Assembly (NCBI GenBank): GCA_950097015.1
Contig: CATNEN010000034.1
Coordinates: 4,154,001 to 4,218,000 of the forward strand
From: Macrostomum hystrix
Taxonomy: Eukaryota > Animalia > Platyhelminthes
Length of the DNA stretch: 64,000 bases
Reading direction: 5' to 3'
The notes under the pieces are model-generated. The model saw nothing but the letters and a program-made list of their open reading frames with translations, did no database searches and was not told where the DNA came from. The stretch's first letter is position 1. Each line of letters starts with the position of its first letter. Shown here in pieces: positions 25,444 through 37,400 of the stretch. A program made the position numbers and the translations under genes.

Positions 25444-28400
25444 CTACAGCAGAGCTGCTGAATCAGCTTCAGACAGTGATTGGACAGCTTCTAGATCTTC
25501 TTCTTCAGCCTTTACTAGCTCAAGTTGCGCATCGGTCACATATTCGGCTGTTTCCGGTGGTTCCGCTTCCGCCTCCAGTTCCGTTTCCGCTTCCGCAGCT
25601 GGTTCGATTTCTTCTTCTTCCACTTCCGGTTCCGTCTCGGGCTCCTCTTCAAGCACGGTTGCAGAAGACTGCTGCTGTTGAAGAGGCGAATTAGCTTCCA
25701 GATCTTCTCCTTCTTCTTCTTCTAGTTGGTCTCCGGGCTCCTCACCTCGGTGCTGCCCGAGTTTCACTTCCCTGTCATCGACATCCTCGTCTTCATCTTC
25801 GTTGACAAAGAAGGTTGGCGGAGGCGGCAGCTTCTGCGGCGCTCGACGCCGTCGTTTGGCGCCGCGTTTGTCAGCGCTGGCTGTCACGGATGAGGAGCGA
25901 CGCGTTGACGAGTGACGCCGCTTTCGGGTTGTGCTGGCGGCGGCAGCTGCCGAGGATGAGGAAGCTGAATGCAGCTGCGACGGGCTGGCCAGATTTGAGT
26001 CTGAAAATGGATATCAGAGGTCGATACAGAATGCGGATTGAGGATGGAAAATGGCAATGGAGATTGTGGAAGAGGGTAGGGGAGGGGAGAGGATTGAGAA
26101 GATTCAGAATTTAAAAGAAATGGCCAAGAATTGGTAGGGGAAGAGGAAGAGTTAAAAATGGAATGGGGAAGAATTGGCAGGGTGACTCGGATACTAAATA
26201 GGATAGGGAAGAGGATATTAATCGGATAGGGAAAAGAATGAACCGGATAGGAAAGAGGATGAATTGGATAGGGAAGAGGGAAGAGGAAGAATAGGATAGG
26301 GTAGAGGAAGAATAGGATAGGGTAGAGGATGAATTGGATAGGGAAGAGGAAGAATCGGATAGGGAAGAGAATGAATCGGATAGGGAAGAGGATGAATCGG
26401 ATAGGGAAGAAAATGAATCGAATAGGGAAGAGGAAGAAGCGGATAGAGAAATGAAGAATCGGATGGGGAAGAGGAAGAATCGGATAGGGAAGAGGATGAA
26501 TCGGATGGGGAAGAGAATGAATCGGATAGGGAAGAGGAAGAAGCGGATAGGGAAGAGGATGAAGCGGATGGGGAAGAGGATGAATCGGATGGGGAAGAGG
26601 ATGAATCGGATGGGGAAGAGGATGAATCGGATGGGGAAGAGGATGAATCGGATAGGGAAGAGGAAGAAGCGGATAGGGAAGAGGATGAATCGGATAGGGA
26701 AGAGGGAAGGGGGGAGAGGAAGAGGAAGAATCGGATAGGGAATAATGCTTCAAATCGGGAAAAACAAGGGAGCAGCTAACAGAGAAATGAGTCTCACCAT
26801 CCATGGATGCGTCAGCAGGTGACGACAGCGGCAGAGCGGCCTCCTCGGCAGCTAGACACTTGCGAGTTTCATCCCAGACCCGCTCCAGCACCAGGCTGTC
26901 TTGAAAGATCAAGCTGCCATCCAGATTGTAGGTTCTCGCGTTCTCAAACAACTGGCGCACGTCGCTATCCAACTCGTCCACGCCCGAGTAGCGACCGTCG
27001 CGAACTCGCTGGCGAATGCGAGCGAAATCCAGCGGCCGGCGAATTATTTCGTAATAGTCGGGCAATTCGCGACGACTGGGCAGCCGGACGAATGGCTCGG
27101 AGAGGGGTCGGTTGTCCGTTGGGTCGCGGTATCGCATGACCGGCTGCAGCATTCGCAGCAGGTGGGCCGTCACATCCGGGTGCACAGCTGGCCGAGAGCG
27201 ACCGCTCGCTGATTTGGAAGACTTCTTCAGCGATGATTTTAACAGTTTCTTCTTCCTTTTGCCGTGACTGCCCACTTTTTCGCCGCCGTCGACATCGGCG
27301 TCGTCTACGCCGCCGGGGGTGGCCAAGTCGCCGGCGCCGGATGCGAGAGAGGCCTGCGACTGTGACTGCGGGGGCGGAGAGGTTCGGTTCGCTAGTTCCG
27401 TTAGGAGGCTAGTTTGAATGGCGGGTTTGGTAAGGATGGGAAGGTAGGCTGAAGGATAGGAAGGTAGGCTGAAGGATGGGAAGGTAGGCTGAAGGATGGG
27501 AAGGTAGGCTGAAGGATAGGAAGGTAGGCTGAAGGATAGGAAGGTAGGCTGAAGGATGGGAAGGTAGGCTGAAGGATGGGAAGGTAGGCTGAAGGATGGG
27601 AAGGTAGGCTGAAGGATAGGAAGGTAGGCTGAAGGATAGGAAGGTAGGCTGAAGGATGGGAAGGTAGGCTGAAGGATAGGAAGGTAGGCTGAAGGATAGG
27701 AAGGTAGGCTGAAGGATAGGAAGGTAGGCTGAAGGATAGGAAGGTAGGCTGAAGGATAGGAAGGTAGGCTGAAGGATGGGAAGGTAGGCTGAAGGATGGG
27801 AAGGTAGGCTGAAGGATAGGAAGGTAGGCTGAAGGATAGGAAGGTAGGCTGAAGGATGGGAAGGTAGGCTGAAGGATAGGAAGGTAGGCTGAAGGGTAGG
27901 AAGGTAGGCTGAAGGATAGGAAGGTAGGCTGAAGGATGGGAAGGTAGGCTGAAGGATAGGAAGGTAGGCTGAAGGATGGGAAGGTAGGCTGAAGGATAGG
28001 AAGGTAGGCTGAAGGATGGGAAGGTAGGCTGAAGGATGGGAAGGTAGGCTGAAGGATGGGAAGGTAGGCTGAAGGATAGGAAGGTAGGCTGAAGGATAGG
28101 AAGGTAGGCTGAAGGATGGGAAGGTAGGCTGAAGGATAGGAAGGTAGGCTGAAGGATAGGAAGGTAGGCTGAAGGATGGGAAGGTAGGCTGAAGGATAGG
28201 AAGGTAGGCTGAAGGATGGGAAGGTAGGCTGAAGGATAGGAAGGTAGGCTGAAGGATGGGAAGGTAGGCTGAAGGATGGGAAGGTAAGGGTGGGAATAGG
28301 AGGATGGGTGAAGGGTAGCAGGATAAGGTGAAGGGTAGCAGGACAGGATGAAGGGTAGGAGTATCGGGTGAAGGGTAGGAGTATCGGGTGAAGGGTAGGA

Positions 28401-31400
28401 GTATCGGGTGAAGGGTAGGAGTATCGGGTGAAGGGTAGGAGTATCGGGTGAAGGGTAGGAGGACAGTGTGAAGGGTAGGAGGACAGTGTGAAGGGTAGGA
28501 GGATAAGGTGGAGAGTAGGAGGACAGTGTGAAGGGTAGGAGGATAAGGTGAAGGGTAAGAGGACAGTGTGAAGGGTAGGAGGATAAGGTGAAGGGTAAGA
28601 GGACAGTGTGAAGGGTAGCAGGATAGGGTGAAGAGTAGGAGGACAGTGTGAAGGGTAGGAGGATAAGGTGAAGGGTAAGAGGACAGGATGAAGGGTAGCA
28701 GGATAGGGTGAAGAGTATGAGGACAGTGTGAAGGGTAGCAGGATAAGGTGAAGGGTAAGAGGACAGGATGAAGGGTAGCAGGATAAGGTGAAGGGTAAGA
28801 GGACAGTGTGAAGGGTAGCAGGATAAGGTGAAGGGTAAGAGGACAGTGTGAAGGGTAGCAGGATAAGGTGAAGGGTAAGAGGACAGGATGAAGGGTAGCA
28901 GGATAAGGTGAAGGGTAAGAGGACAGTGTGAAGGGTAGCAGGATAAGGTGAAGGGTAAGAGGACAGTGTGAAGGGTAGCAGGATAAGGTGAAGGGTAAGA
29001 GGACAGGATGAAGGGTAGGAGGATAAGGTGAAGGGTAAGAGTAAGAGGACAGGATGAAGGGTAGCAGGATAGGGTAGAGTGTAAGCAGATAGAATGAAGG
29101 GTAGAAGATTTGGGTTATTCTTACCATGAGTGAGTCCTCACTAGCCAGAGCTCGTCTCATCTTCTTCCTGTGCCGCATCTGGTCCTCCTTCTCGTAGAGG
29201 GTGCCATCTTGAATAGCCCTTATAAATTGTTGATCAGTAAGCGACTCGGTGTAGTCGACCTCCTTTCGCTGCCGCTTGCCGAAGCCCACTCCGCTCTCGC
29301 TGTCCTCGCAGTCATCCATCAGGCTGGAGGTGGCCGTCTCCTCTTCGATCCTGTTGATCCAAGGCGGCAGTTCCTCTTGCGTCAGCAGCCTAGGCCGGTC
29401 GTTGTGCCGCTCTTTGTCCATACGCTGGTAGGCCTTGAACTCTTCCTCTGTGCGGGCCAGCATCTGGTTGATGGTCTCGTCGTCGTGCACCTCCAGGCCC
29501 TCGTCGTCTCCGTCCTGCTCGTCCTCGAGTAGGGCCATGAGAAACTCGCGGCGCTGCACTCCAGTGGACTTCTGGTCGAACATGCCTGCGCGAATGATTG
29601 ATTGGGTGAATCGTCAATTAGGTGAATGGTTGACTGGGTGAATGGTTGACTGGGTGAATGGTTGATTGGGTGAATGATTGATTGGGTGAATGGTTGACTG
29701 GGTGAATGGTTGATTGGGTGAATGATTGATTGAGTGAATGATTGATTGGGTGAATGATTGATTGGGTGAATGATTGATTGGGTGAATGATTGATTGAGTG
29801 AATGATTGATTGGGTGAATGATTGATTGGGTGAATGATTGATTGGGTGAATGATTGATTGGGTGAATTGGAGACTGGGTGAATGGTAGATTGGCTGAATG
29901 GTTGATTGGGTGAATTGTCAATTGGACGAATGATTGATAGGGTGAATTGTCAATTGGACGAATGATTGATAGGGTGAATTGTCAATTGGATGAATGATTG
30001 ATAGGTGAATTGTCAATTAGACGAATGATTGATAGGGTGAATTGTCAATTGGATGAATGATTGATAGGGTGAATTGTCAATTGGATGAATGATTGATAGG
30101 GTGAATTGTCAATTGGATGAATGATTGATAGGGTGAATGATTGATAGGGTGAATTGGAGACTGGGTGATTGGTAGATTGGGTAAATGGTCGATTGGGTAA
30201 ATGGTACACTAGGTGAATGGTAGATTGGGTGAATGGTAGACTAGGTAAATGGTAGACTAGGTGAATAGTAGATTGGGTGAATGGTAGATTGGGTGAATTA
30301 TCAATTGGGTGAATGATCAATTTGGGGAACGATCAATTGGGCGAGTGATTGATTGGTTAATTCAGAGGAAAATTGTGAAATTCCAAGAGGCTAATCGGTA
30401 AGTAAGGTGAACGGGCACTCAGAACAAGGCAGCAACTCACCAGCCTGAATAACCTTCTCGTCAACGTTGAGCTTGTACCTGGCAGCAGCTAGGATTCGCT
30501 CTTCAACCGAATTGACACAGATTAGGCGCAGCACCCTGACCTCATTCTTCTGGCCAATCCGGTGAGCCCGGTCCTGGGCCTGCAGATCCTGATGGGGATT
30601 CCAGTCCGAGTCGAACAGGATGACGGTGTCGGCAGCTTGCAGGTTCAAGCCCAGGCCGCCAGCTCGGGTGCTTAGCAAGAAGATGAAATAGTCGGACTCT
30701 TTGTCGCTGAATATCTGCAGCAGGGAGCCGCGATCCTCCGACTTAGTGGTGCCGTCCAGGCGCAGGTATTTGTAGCCCATGAAGTCGAAGTAGTCCTTTG
30801 GGATACGGGCGTTTGGGAAGCGGAACAATACAGGCATTTGTCTCTCCGGTTTAGCGGTCTTGCTTTGCCTTTATCCAAAAAATGTCTCGTTTAAATCTTG
30901 TTTCTTGGTTAATCTCCATATTGGATACCTCAATCTGTTTGCCCTCTTCTCTTAATTGTTTACCCTCTTCTCTTATATGTTTACCCTCTTAACTTATCTG
31001 TTTACTCTCTTCTCTTATCTGTTTACCCTCTTCTCTTATCTGTTTACCCTCTTCTCTTATCTGTTTACCCTTTTCTCTTATCTGTTTACCCTCTTCTCTT
31101 ATCTGTTTACCCTCTTCTCTTATATGTTTACCCTCTTCTCTTTTGTTTACCCTCTTCTCTTATATGTTTACCTCTTCTCCTAACTGTTTACCCTCTTCTC
31201 CTACCTGTTTATACTATCTTCTCTCATCTGATTACCCCCTTCTCCTAATTGTTTACCCTCTTGTCCTACCTGTTTACTATCTTCTCTCATCTGATTACCC
31301 CCTTCTCCTAATTGTTTACCCTCTTGTCCTATCTGTTTACTATCTTCTCTCATCTGATTACCCCCTTCTCCTAATTGTTTACCCTCTTGTCCTATCTGTT

Positions 31401-34400
31401 TACTATCTTCTCTCATCTGATTACCCCCTTCTCCTAATTGTTTACCCTCTTGTCCTATCTGTTTACTATCTTCTCTCATCTGATTACCCCCTTCTCCTAA
31501 TTGTTTACCCTCTTGTCCTATCTGTTTACTATCTTCTCTCATCTGATTACCCCCTTCTCCTAATTGTTTACCCTCTTGTCCTATCTGTTTACTATCTTCT
31601 CTCATCTGATTACCCCCTTCTCCTAATTGTTTACCCTCTTGTCCTATCTGTTTACTATCTTCTCTCATCTGATTACCCCCTTCTCCTAATTGTTTACCCT
31701 CTTGTCCTATCTGTTTACTATCTAATCTCATATGATTTCCCTTTTCTCTAATCTGATTAGCCTCTTGTCCTACCTGTTTACCCTGAGTCCCAGCTGTTAC
31801 TACACTACAAACACCAGCTCACCTGCATAATGGTCATGAGCTGAGTCATCTGGCAGAAGATCAGCACACGATGCCCGGTGGCTTTTAATTTCGGTAGGAT
31901 GCGGCTCAGCAGCTCGAATTTGCCTGAGGATCTGTACAGATCCTCGCCGTTGACATCGTGATGACCCTTGTGCTCGGTCATGGCGTCTTCGATGTGCGGA
32001 AACAGGTAGGGATGATTGCAGATCTTGCGCAGCTGCATGATTGTGTTGTTCAGCGTCTTCACACCGCCATTGCCCTGCAAATGGGGAGAAGATAGAGAAT
32101 TTAGTAATGACTAATTAAAGAATAAATTAATTAACTGCAGGACGCCTGTGGGAACAGGCATATCATTTGGCGACAGTCGACCAGCAGCCAGTGAGGAGGT
32201 ACACTTCTCTCTATTCTACTGACTCATGAGCACACACGCACACAGATGCTGAACGCAGGCACACTCTCACATCTTACATCATCTCATTGTCAGGCAGTGT
32301 ACACTCTCAATGTGCCTTGGAGGTTGGCCCTCAAGGGCGTAAATTGTACGACAAGCCCCCAAGCCTTCTCTCCGCGGCTGCACCCAAGATGAATGTGGCC
32401 TCGCCGCAGAATCGAGCTCAGGGACCATGGTGCGAGACGAAAACAAATTAATTACGAAAACTCACTAATTACAGGCATATTATAGCCTTACTTACACCTG
32501 AGAGAATTGGGTAATGACTAATTACACACCTGAGAGAATTGGGTAATGACTAATTACACACCTGATATTAATAATAATAATAATTGCAGGAGGGCTGCGG
32601 GCAATGGCACATCATTTGGTGACACTAGACCCGCAGCCAGCGAGGAGGCAATTCTGCCGATTTCACTGACTCCTGAGCACACACGCACACAAATACTGTA
32701 CGCAGGCATACGCTCACACAGGTGTGTACATCTGCCCTGACTTTCTCATCGTCTTGTCTTTGTCTTGGAGGTTGGCCCTCAAGGGCGTCAATTCTACGAC
32801 AAGCCCCAAAGCCTTCTCTCCGCGGCTGCGCCCCAAATAAATGTGGCCTCGCCGTGGAATCGAACTTAGGGACCGTGGTGCGAGAGGCAAACGCGTTAAC
32901 CGCTCTGCCACTCACCCCCACACCTGATATTGGGTTATGACTAATTATACACCTGAGACTAAGATGACTAATTACATACCTGAGACTGGGGTTATGACTA
33001 ATTATACACCTGAGACTAAGATGACTAATTACATACCTGAGACTGGGGTTATGACTAATTACACACCTAAATTACACCCTAAAGAAGTGGACCAACCTTC
33101 TTGTCCTTCTCAGAGCCGTCGGTAAGAATAACGCCCCTCTGGCTCATGTGATGATACAGAGTCCGCTGCAGGGCGCTCATGTCGCATTTGACGACGTACT
33201 CAACCTTGTCAGGCAGCTGGGATTCCACTTCTTTTTTTAGTCGGCGCAGCAGGAAAGGTCTCAGAACCTTGTGCAATCGGCGAATGATGAGCAGGGTCTC
33301 CTCCTGATTGAGTTCGACCTTCTCTGAGCCAGATAGAGCAAATGGAGCGTTGAACCATTGCTCAAATGTGGTGACAGATGAGAACACGGAGGGTAGCAGA
33401 AAGTTCATCAGGGCCCACAATTCTGGAAGTTTGTTCTGCAGCGGCGTGCCAGTCAGCAATAGGCGATATGGGGCCGTGAAGTATGTGTTCAACACGCAGG
33501 TGAGCTTGCAGTGATGATTCTTCATTCGGTGACCCTCGTCAATGATCATGTAGCGAAATTTGATTTTGGTCAGCACAGATTTATCTTTGATAATGTACTC
33601 GTAGGTGGTGAGGAGGACATTGAACTTGGCCGAGCGAAGCTCGCTCTGCTGCAGCTGGCGACGCATCTGGGGCGAGCCTGCGGTGCGGATGCCAGATGAG
33701 GAAGAAAGGGGGATATTTCATTTTTGAGGCTATTCTGAGGATTAGAACAATTATACAAATGACCTTTTTAGATGGTACAGGTGGAAAAAATAGCCGCAGG
33801 TAGATAAGACAGGTGGGATAAATAGCCGAAAGTAGGTAAGACAGGTGGGATAAATAGCCGAAAGTAGGTAAGACAGGTGGGATAAATAGCCGCAAGTAGG
33901 TAAGAAAGGTGGGATAAATAGCCGCAAGTAGGTAAGACAGGTGGGATAAATAGCCACAAGTAGGTAAGAAAGGTGGGATAAATAGCCGCAAGTAGGTAAG
34001 ACAGGTGGGATAAATAGCCGTAAGTAGGTAAGACAGATGGGATAAATAGCCACAAGTAGATAAGACAGGTGGGATAATAGTATGGAAGAAATGACGGATA
34101 ACTATTACTAGATGGGATAAGTAGCCATACGTACAGCTACGTACAGCTTTCAGTCCATGGACTGGGGGCGCCACAACCACTCTCAATTAACAGTGCAGAG
34201 TTAAGTGACTTGCTGAAGGACACATATTTGTTCTAGTGTCGTCGGGAATCGAACCCCCGACCTTCAAGTGCCGAGTCCGACGCTTTACAACTAGGCTACA
34301 AGTGACTGGATAACGCCACACGGTGGGTAAAATAAACTAAATTCCCTAATATCCCCAAAAGCGAATCCTCACCTTTGTAAAGAACTTTCTTAACAGTCGG

Positions 34401-37400
34401 CGCCCATTTGTCGAACTCAAGTGACCAATTGGACATGGTAGAAAGCGGCATAATAATAAGGTAGGGCCCATTCTCTTTCTTCTTCTCCATCAGGTAGGTG
34501 ATGAGAGCAATAGTCTGGATGGTCTTGCCCAGACCCATCTCATCGGCCAGGATGCCATTCAGATTGTTATTATACAGCGACACCAGCCATTGCAAGCCCT
34601 TGAGCTGGTACTCCTTGAGCTTGCCGTTGACTAAGATGCTGGCCTGTTCGCGTACTCGCTCCTGAATGCTGTGAGCGCTACCGTAATAGCCCTGCTGCTG
34701 GTGATAATCGTCATCCTCCGTGCCCTTCACGGCATCGTCCAAAGCCTCTTCGTCTGAGTCCTCGTCTGAGTCTGAGGAATCCTCAGCGTCGGCGGCAGCG
34801 GCAGCGGCGGCAGCCGTCTGCTGCTGAAACTGTTCCTCCAACTCCTCGGGACACAGGACGCCATCCTCGTTGACGGGGATCACCCACCAGCCGGGATGGT
34901 CGGCCAGCCAGGACTCGAGGTCGCGAGCTAGTGGGCCGTTTTCGTCTGTTAGTCGTTCGCCTGTGCTCGGGTTCAGCACGGGCACCTGAGAGGTGGGGTG
35001 AAAAGATATTGAATTAGAGACTAGGATTATAGATGCTGGGGATTAGAGACTAGGATTATAGATGCTGGGGATTAGAGACTAGGATTATAGATGCTGGGGA
35101 TTAGAGACTAGGATTATAGATGCTGGGGATTAGAGACTAGGATTATAGATGCTGGGGATTAGAGACTAGGATTATAGATGCTGGGGATTAGAGACTAGGA
35201 TTATAGATGCTGGGGATTAGAGACTAGGATTATAGATGCTGGGGATTAGAGACTAGGATTATAGATGCTGGGGATTAGAGACTAGGATTATAGATGCTGG
35301 GGATTAGAGACTAGGATTATAGATGCTGGGGATTAGAGACTAGGATTATAGATGCTGGGGATTAGAGACTAGGATTATAGATGCTGGGGATTAGAGACTA
35401 GAATTATAGACGCTGGGGATTAGAGACTAGAATTATAGACGCTGGGGATTAGAGACTAGGATTATAGATGCTGGGGATTAGAGACTAGGATTATAGATGC
35501 TGGGGATTAGAGACTAGAATTATAGACGCTGGGGATTAGAGACTAGGATTATAGATGCTGGGGATTAGTGACTAGGATTATAAATTTTAAGGATTAGAGA
35601 CTAGGGTTTTAGATGCTGGAGATAAGAGATTAGGATTTTAGATGCTGAGGGATTAGAGATGAACACAGGATTAGGGATTAGGATCATAGTCACTGGGATT
35701 AGGGGCTAGGATCATAGTCACTGGGATTAGGGGCTAGGATCATAGTCACTGGGATTAGGGGCTAGGATCATAGTCACTGGGATTAGGGGCTAGGATCAAA
35801 GACACAGGGATTAGGAGATAGGATCATAGACACTGGGATTAGGGGCTAGGATCATAGACACTGGGATTAGGGGCTAGGATCAAAGACACTGGGATTAGGG
35901 GCTAGGATCAAAGACACAGGGATTAGGAGCTAGGATCAAAGACACTGGGATTAGGGGCTAGGATCAAAGACACAGGGATTAGGAGCTAGGATCAAAGACA
36001 CAGGGATTAGGAGCTAGGATCAAAGACACAGGGATTAGGAGCTAGGATCAAAGACACAGGGATTAGGAGCTAGGATCAAAGACACAGGGATTAGGAGCTA
36101 GGATTAAAGACACTGGGATTAGGGGCTAGGATCAAAGACACAGGGATTAGGAGCTAGGATCAAAGACACTGGGATTAGGGGCTAGAATCATAGACACAGG
36201 TATTAGGGGCTAGGATCAAAGACACTGGGATTAGGGGCTAGGATCAAAGACACAGGGATTAGGAGCTAGGATCATAGACACTGGGATTAGGGGCTTGGAA
36301 ATAATAGTCACTCGATAAATATTATAGCTAAGCATTGTTTGGGATCAAAGCTTGCAACCCTAAGAAATCCAAGGAATTATAGGTCTTTATCCGATATACA
36401 ATATATAGCACTTACCCTAGCGTCAGGATCGTCGACAGCCCGTTCTAGCCAGACCTTGGCAAGGTCGGCCTGAATCTCTCTCTGTCTTAGTCGGCGCTCC
36501 TTGTGCCTCTGGGATTTCTGCTTCCGCTTGTGCACCTTGACCAGCTTGGATAGCTTAGCGGTAAACTGGTCAGTCTGCTCCAGCAGGTAGTGCAGTCGCT
36601 GATCCTTCTGCTTGTCAATGAGTTCCCTGTAGCCTTTCTCGTCCTCGGCCATGAGGCGCCGCATGCGTTCCCGTTCGATGCGTCTCGCCTCTCGCTCGGT
36701 GTTGGCATGCCAGGCCATGACCAGCCTGTTGAGCTTGACGAGTCTGGAATTGGCCGACTTGTAGAACTCGCGCAGCTCCTTGGCGTGGGCCAGGACAGCG
36801 TTGAGAAACTCCTGATGCTTCTGCTTCTGGCGCTTCTCAGCTTCCATCTGGCGCAGCAGTTCCATGCGGACTGTGCCGCGAGCCTCGCGCAGGGCCACCT
36901 TCTTCGGCTTCTTGTAGGCGCGAGCGTTCAACGCTGTGTCCAGGCTGCTGTCCCGACGGGCCGTGCTGATCACCTGATGGCAACAGGAGTTTCTTGTAGA
37001 TGATTGAAGGGACTCGGAGACTGGTAAATCTCATCTATATGGGTCACATGAACAGTCAGTGGCACAGTCGCAGCTATTGCGCGCGGGGAGAGAGTGACAG
37101 ACAGGAGAGTGAGGACTGGGGAGGGACTGACAGCCATGGGAGGGACTGACAGCCATGGGAGGGACTGACAGCCATGGGAGAGAGTGACAGTACTGACAGA
37201 CATGGGAGAGAATGACAGCCATGGGAGAGAATGACAGCCATGGGAGAGAGTGACAGACACATTAGAGAGTGACAGACGGAAGAGTGTGACACGCAGGGGA
37301 GAGAGTGACAGCCATGGGAGAGAGTGACAGCCATGGGAGACAGTGACAGCCATGGGAGAGAGTGACAGCCATGGGAGAGAGTGACAGTCATGGGAGAGAG

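Noticed and set aside
27409-29583. Long read-through ORFs extending real exons (27409-29583, 25884-27326, 17560-18921)
   Set aside because: Consensus donors at 29124, 26797 and 18381 end the conserved coding part; the extensions are stop-poor intronic repeats.
19496-30797. AAG acceptors at 19496 and 30796 as anomalies
   Set aside because: AAG is a minority but ordinary acceptor, and both junctions restore conserved protein sequence.
32850-32918. tRNA genes at about 32850-32918, 34240-34301, 38310-38376, 44325-44387
   Set aside because: They have A/B boxes but no complete cloverleaf, and they continue into shared SINE bodies.
35667-36298. TTAGGG inside the 28-bp repeat as interstitial telomere
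   Set aside because: One hexamer per unit, never tandem.
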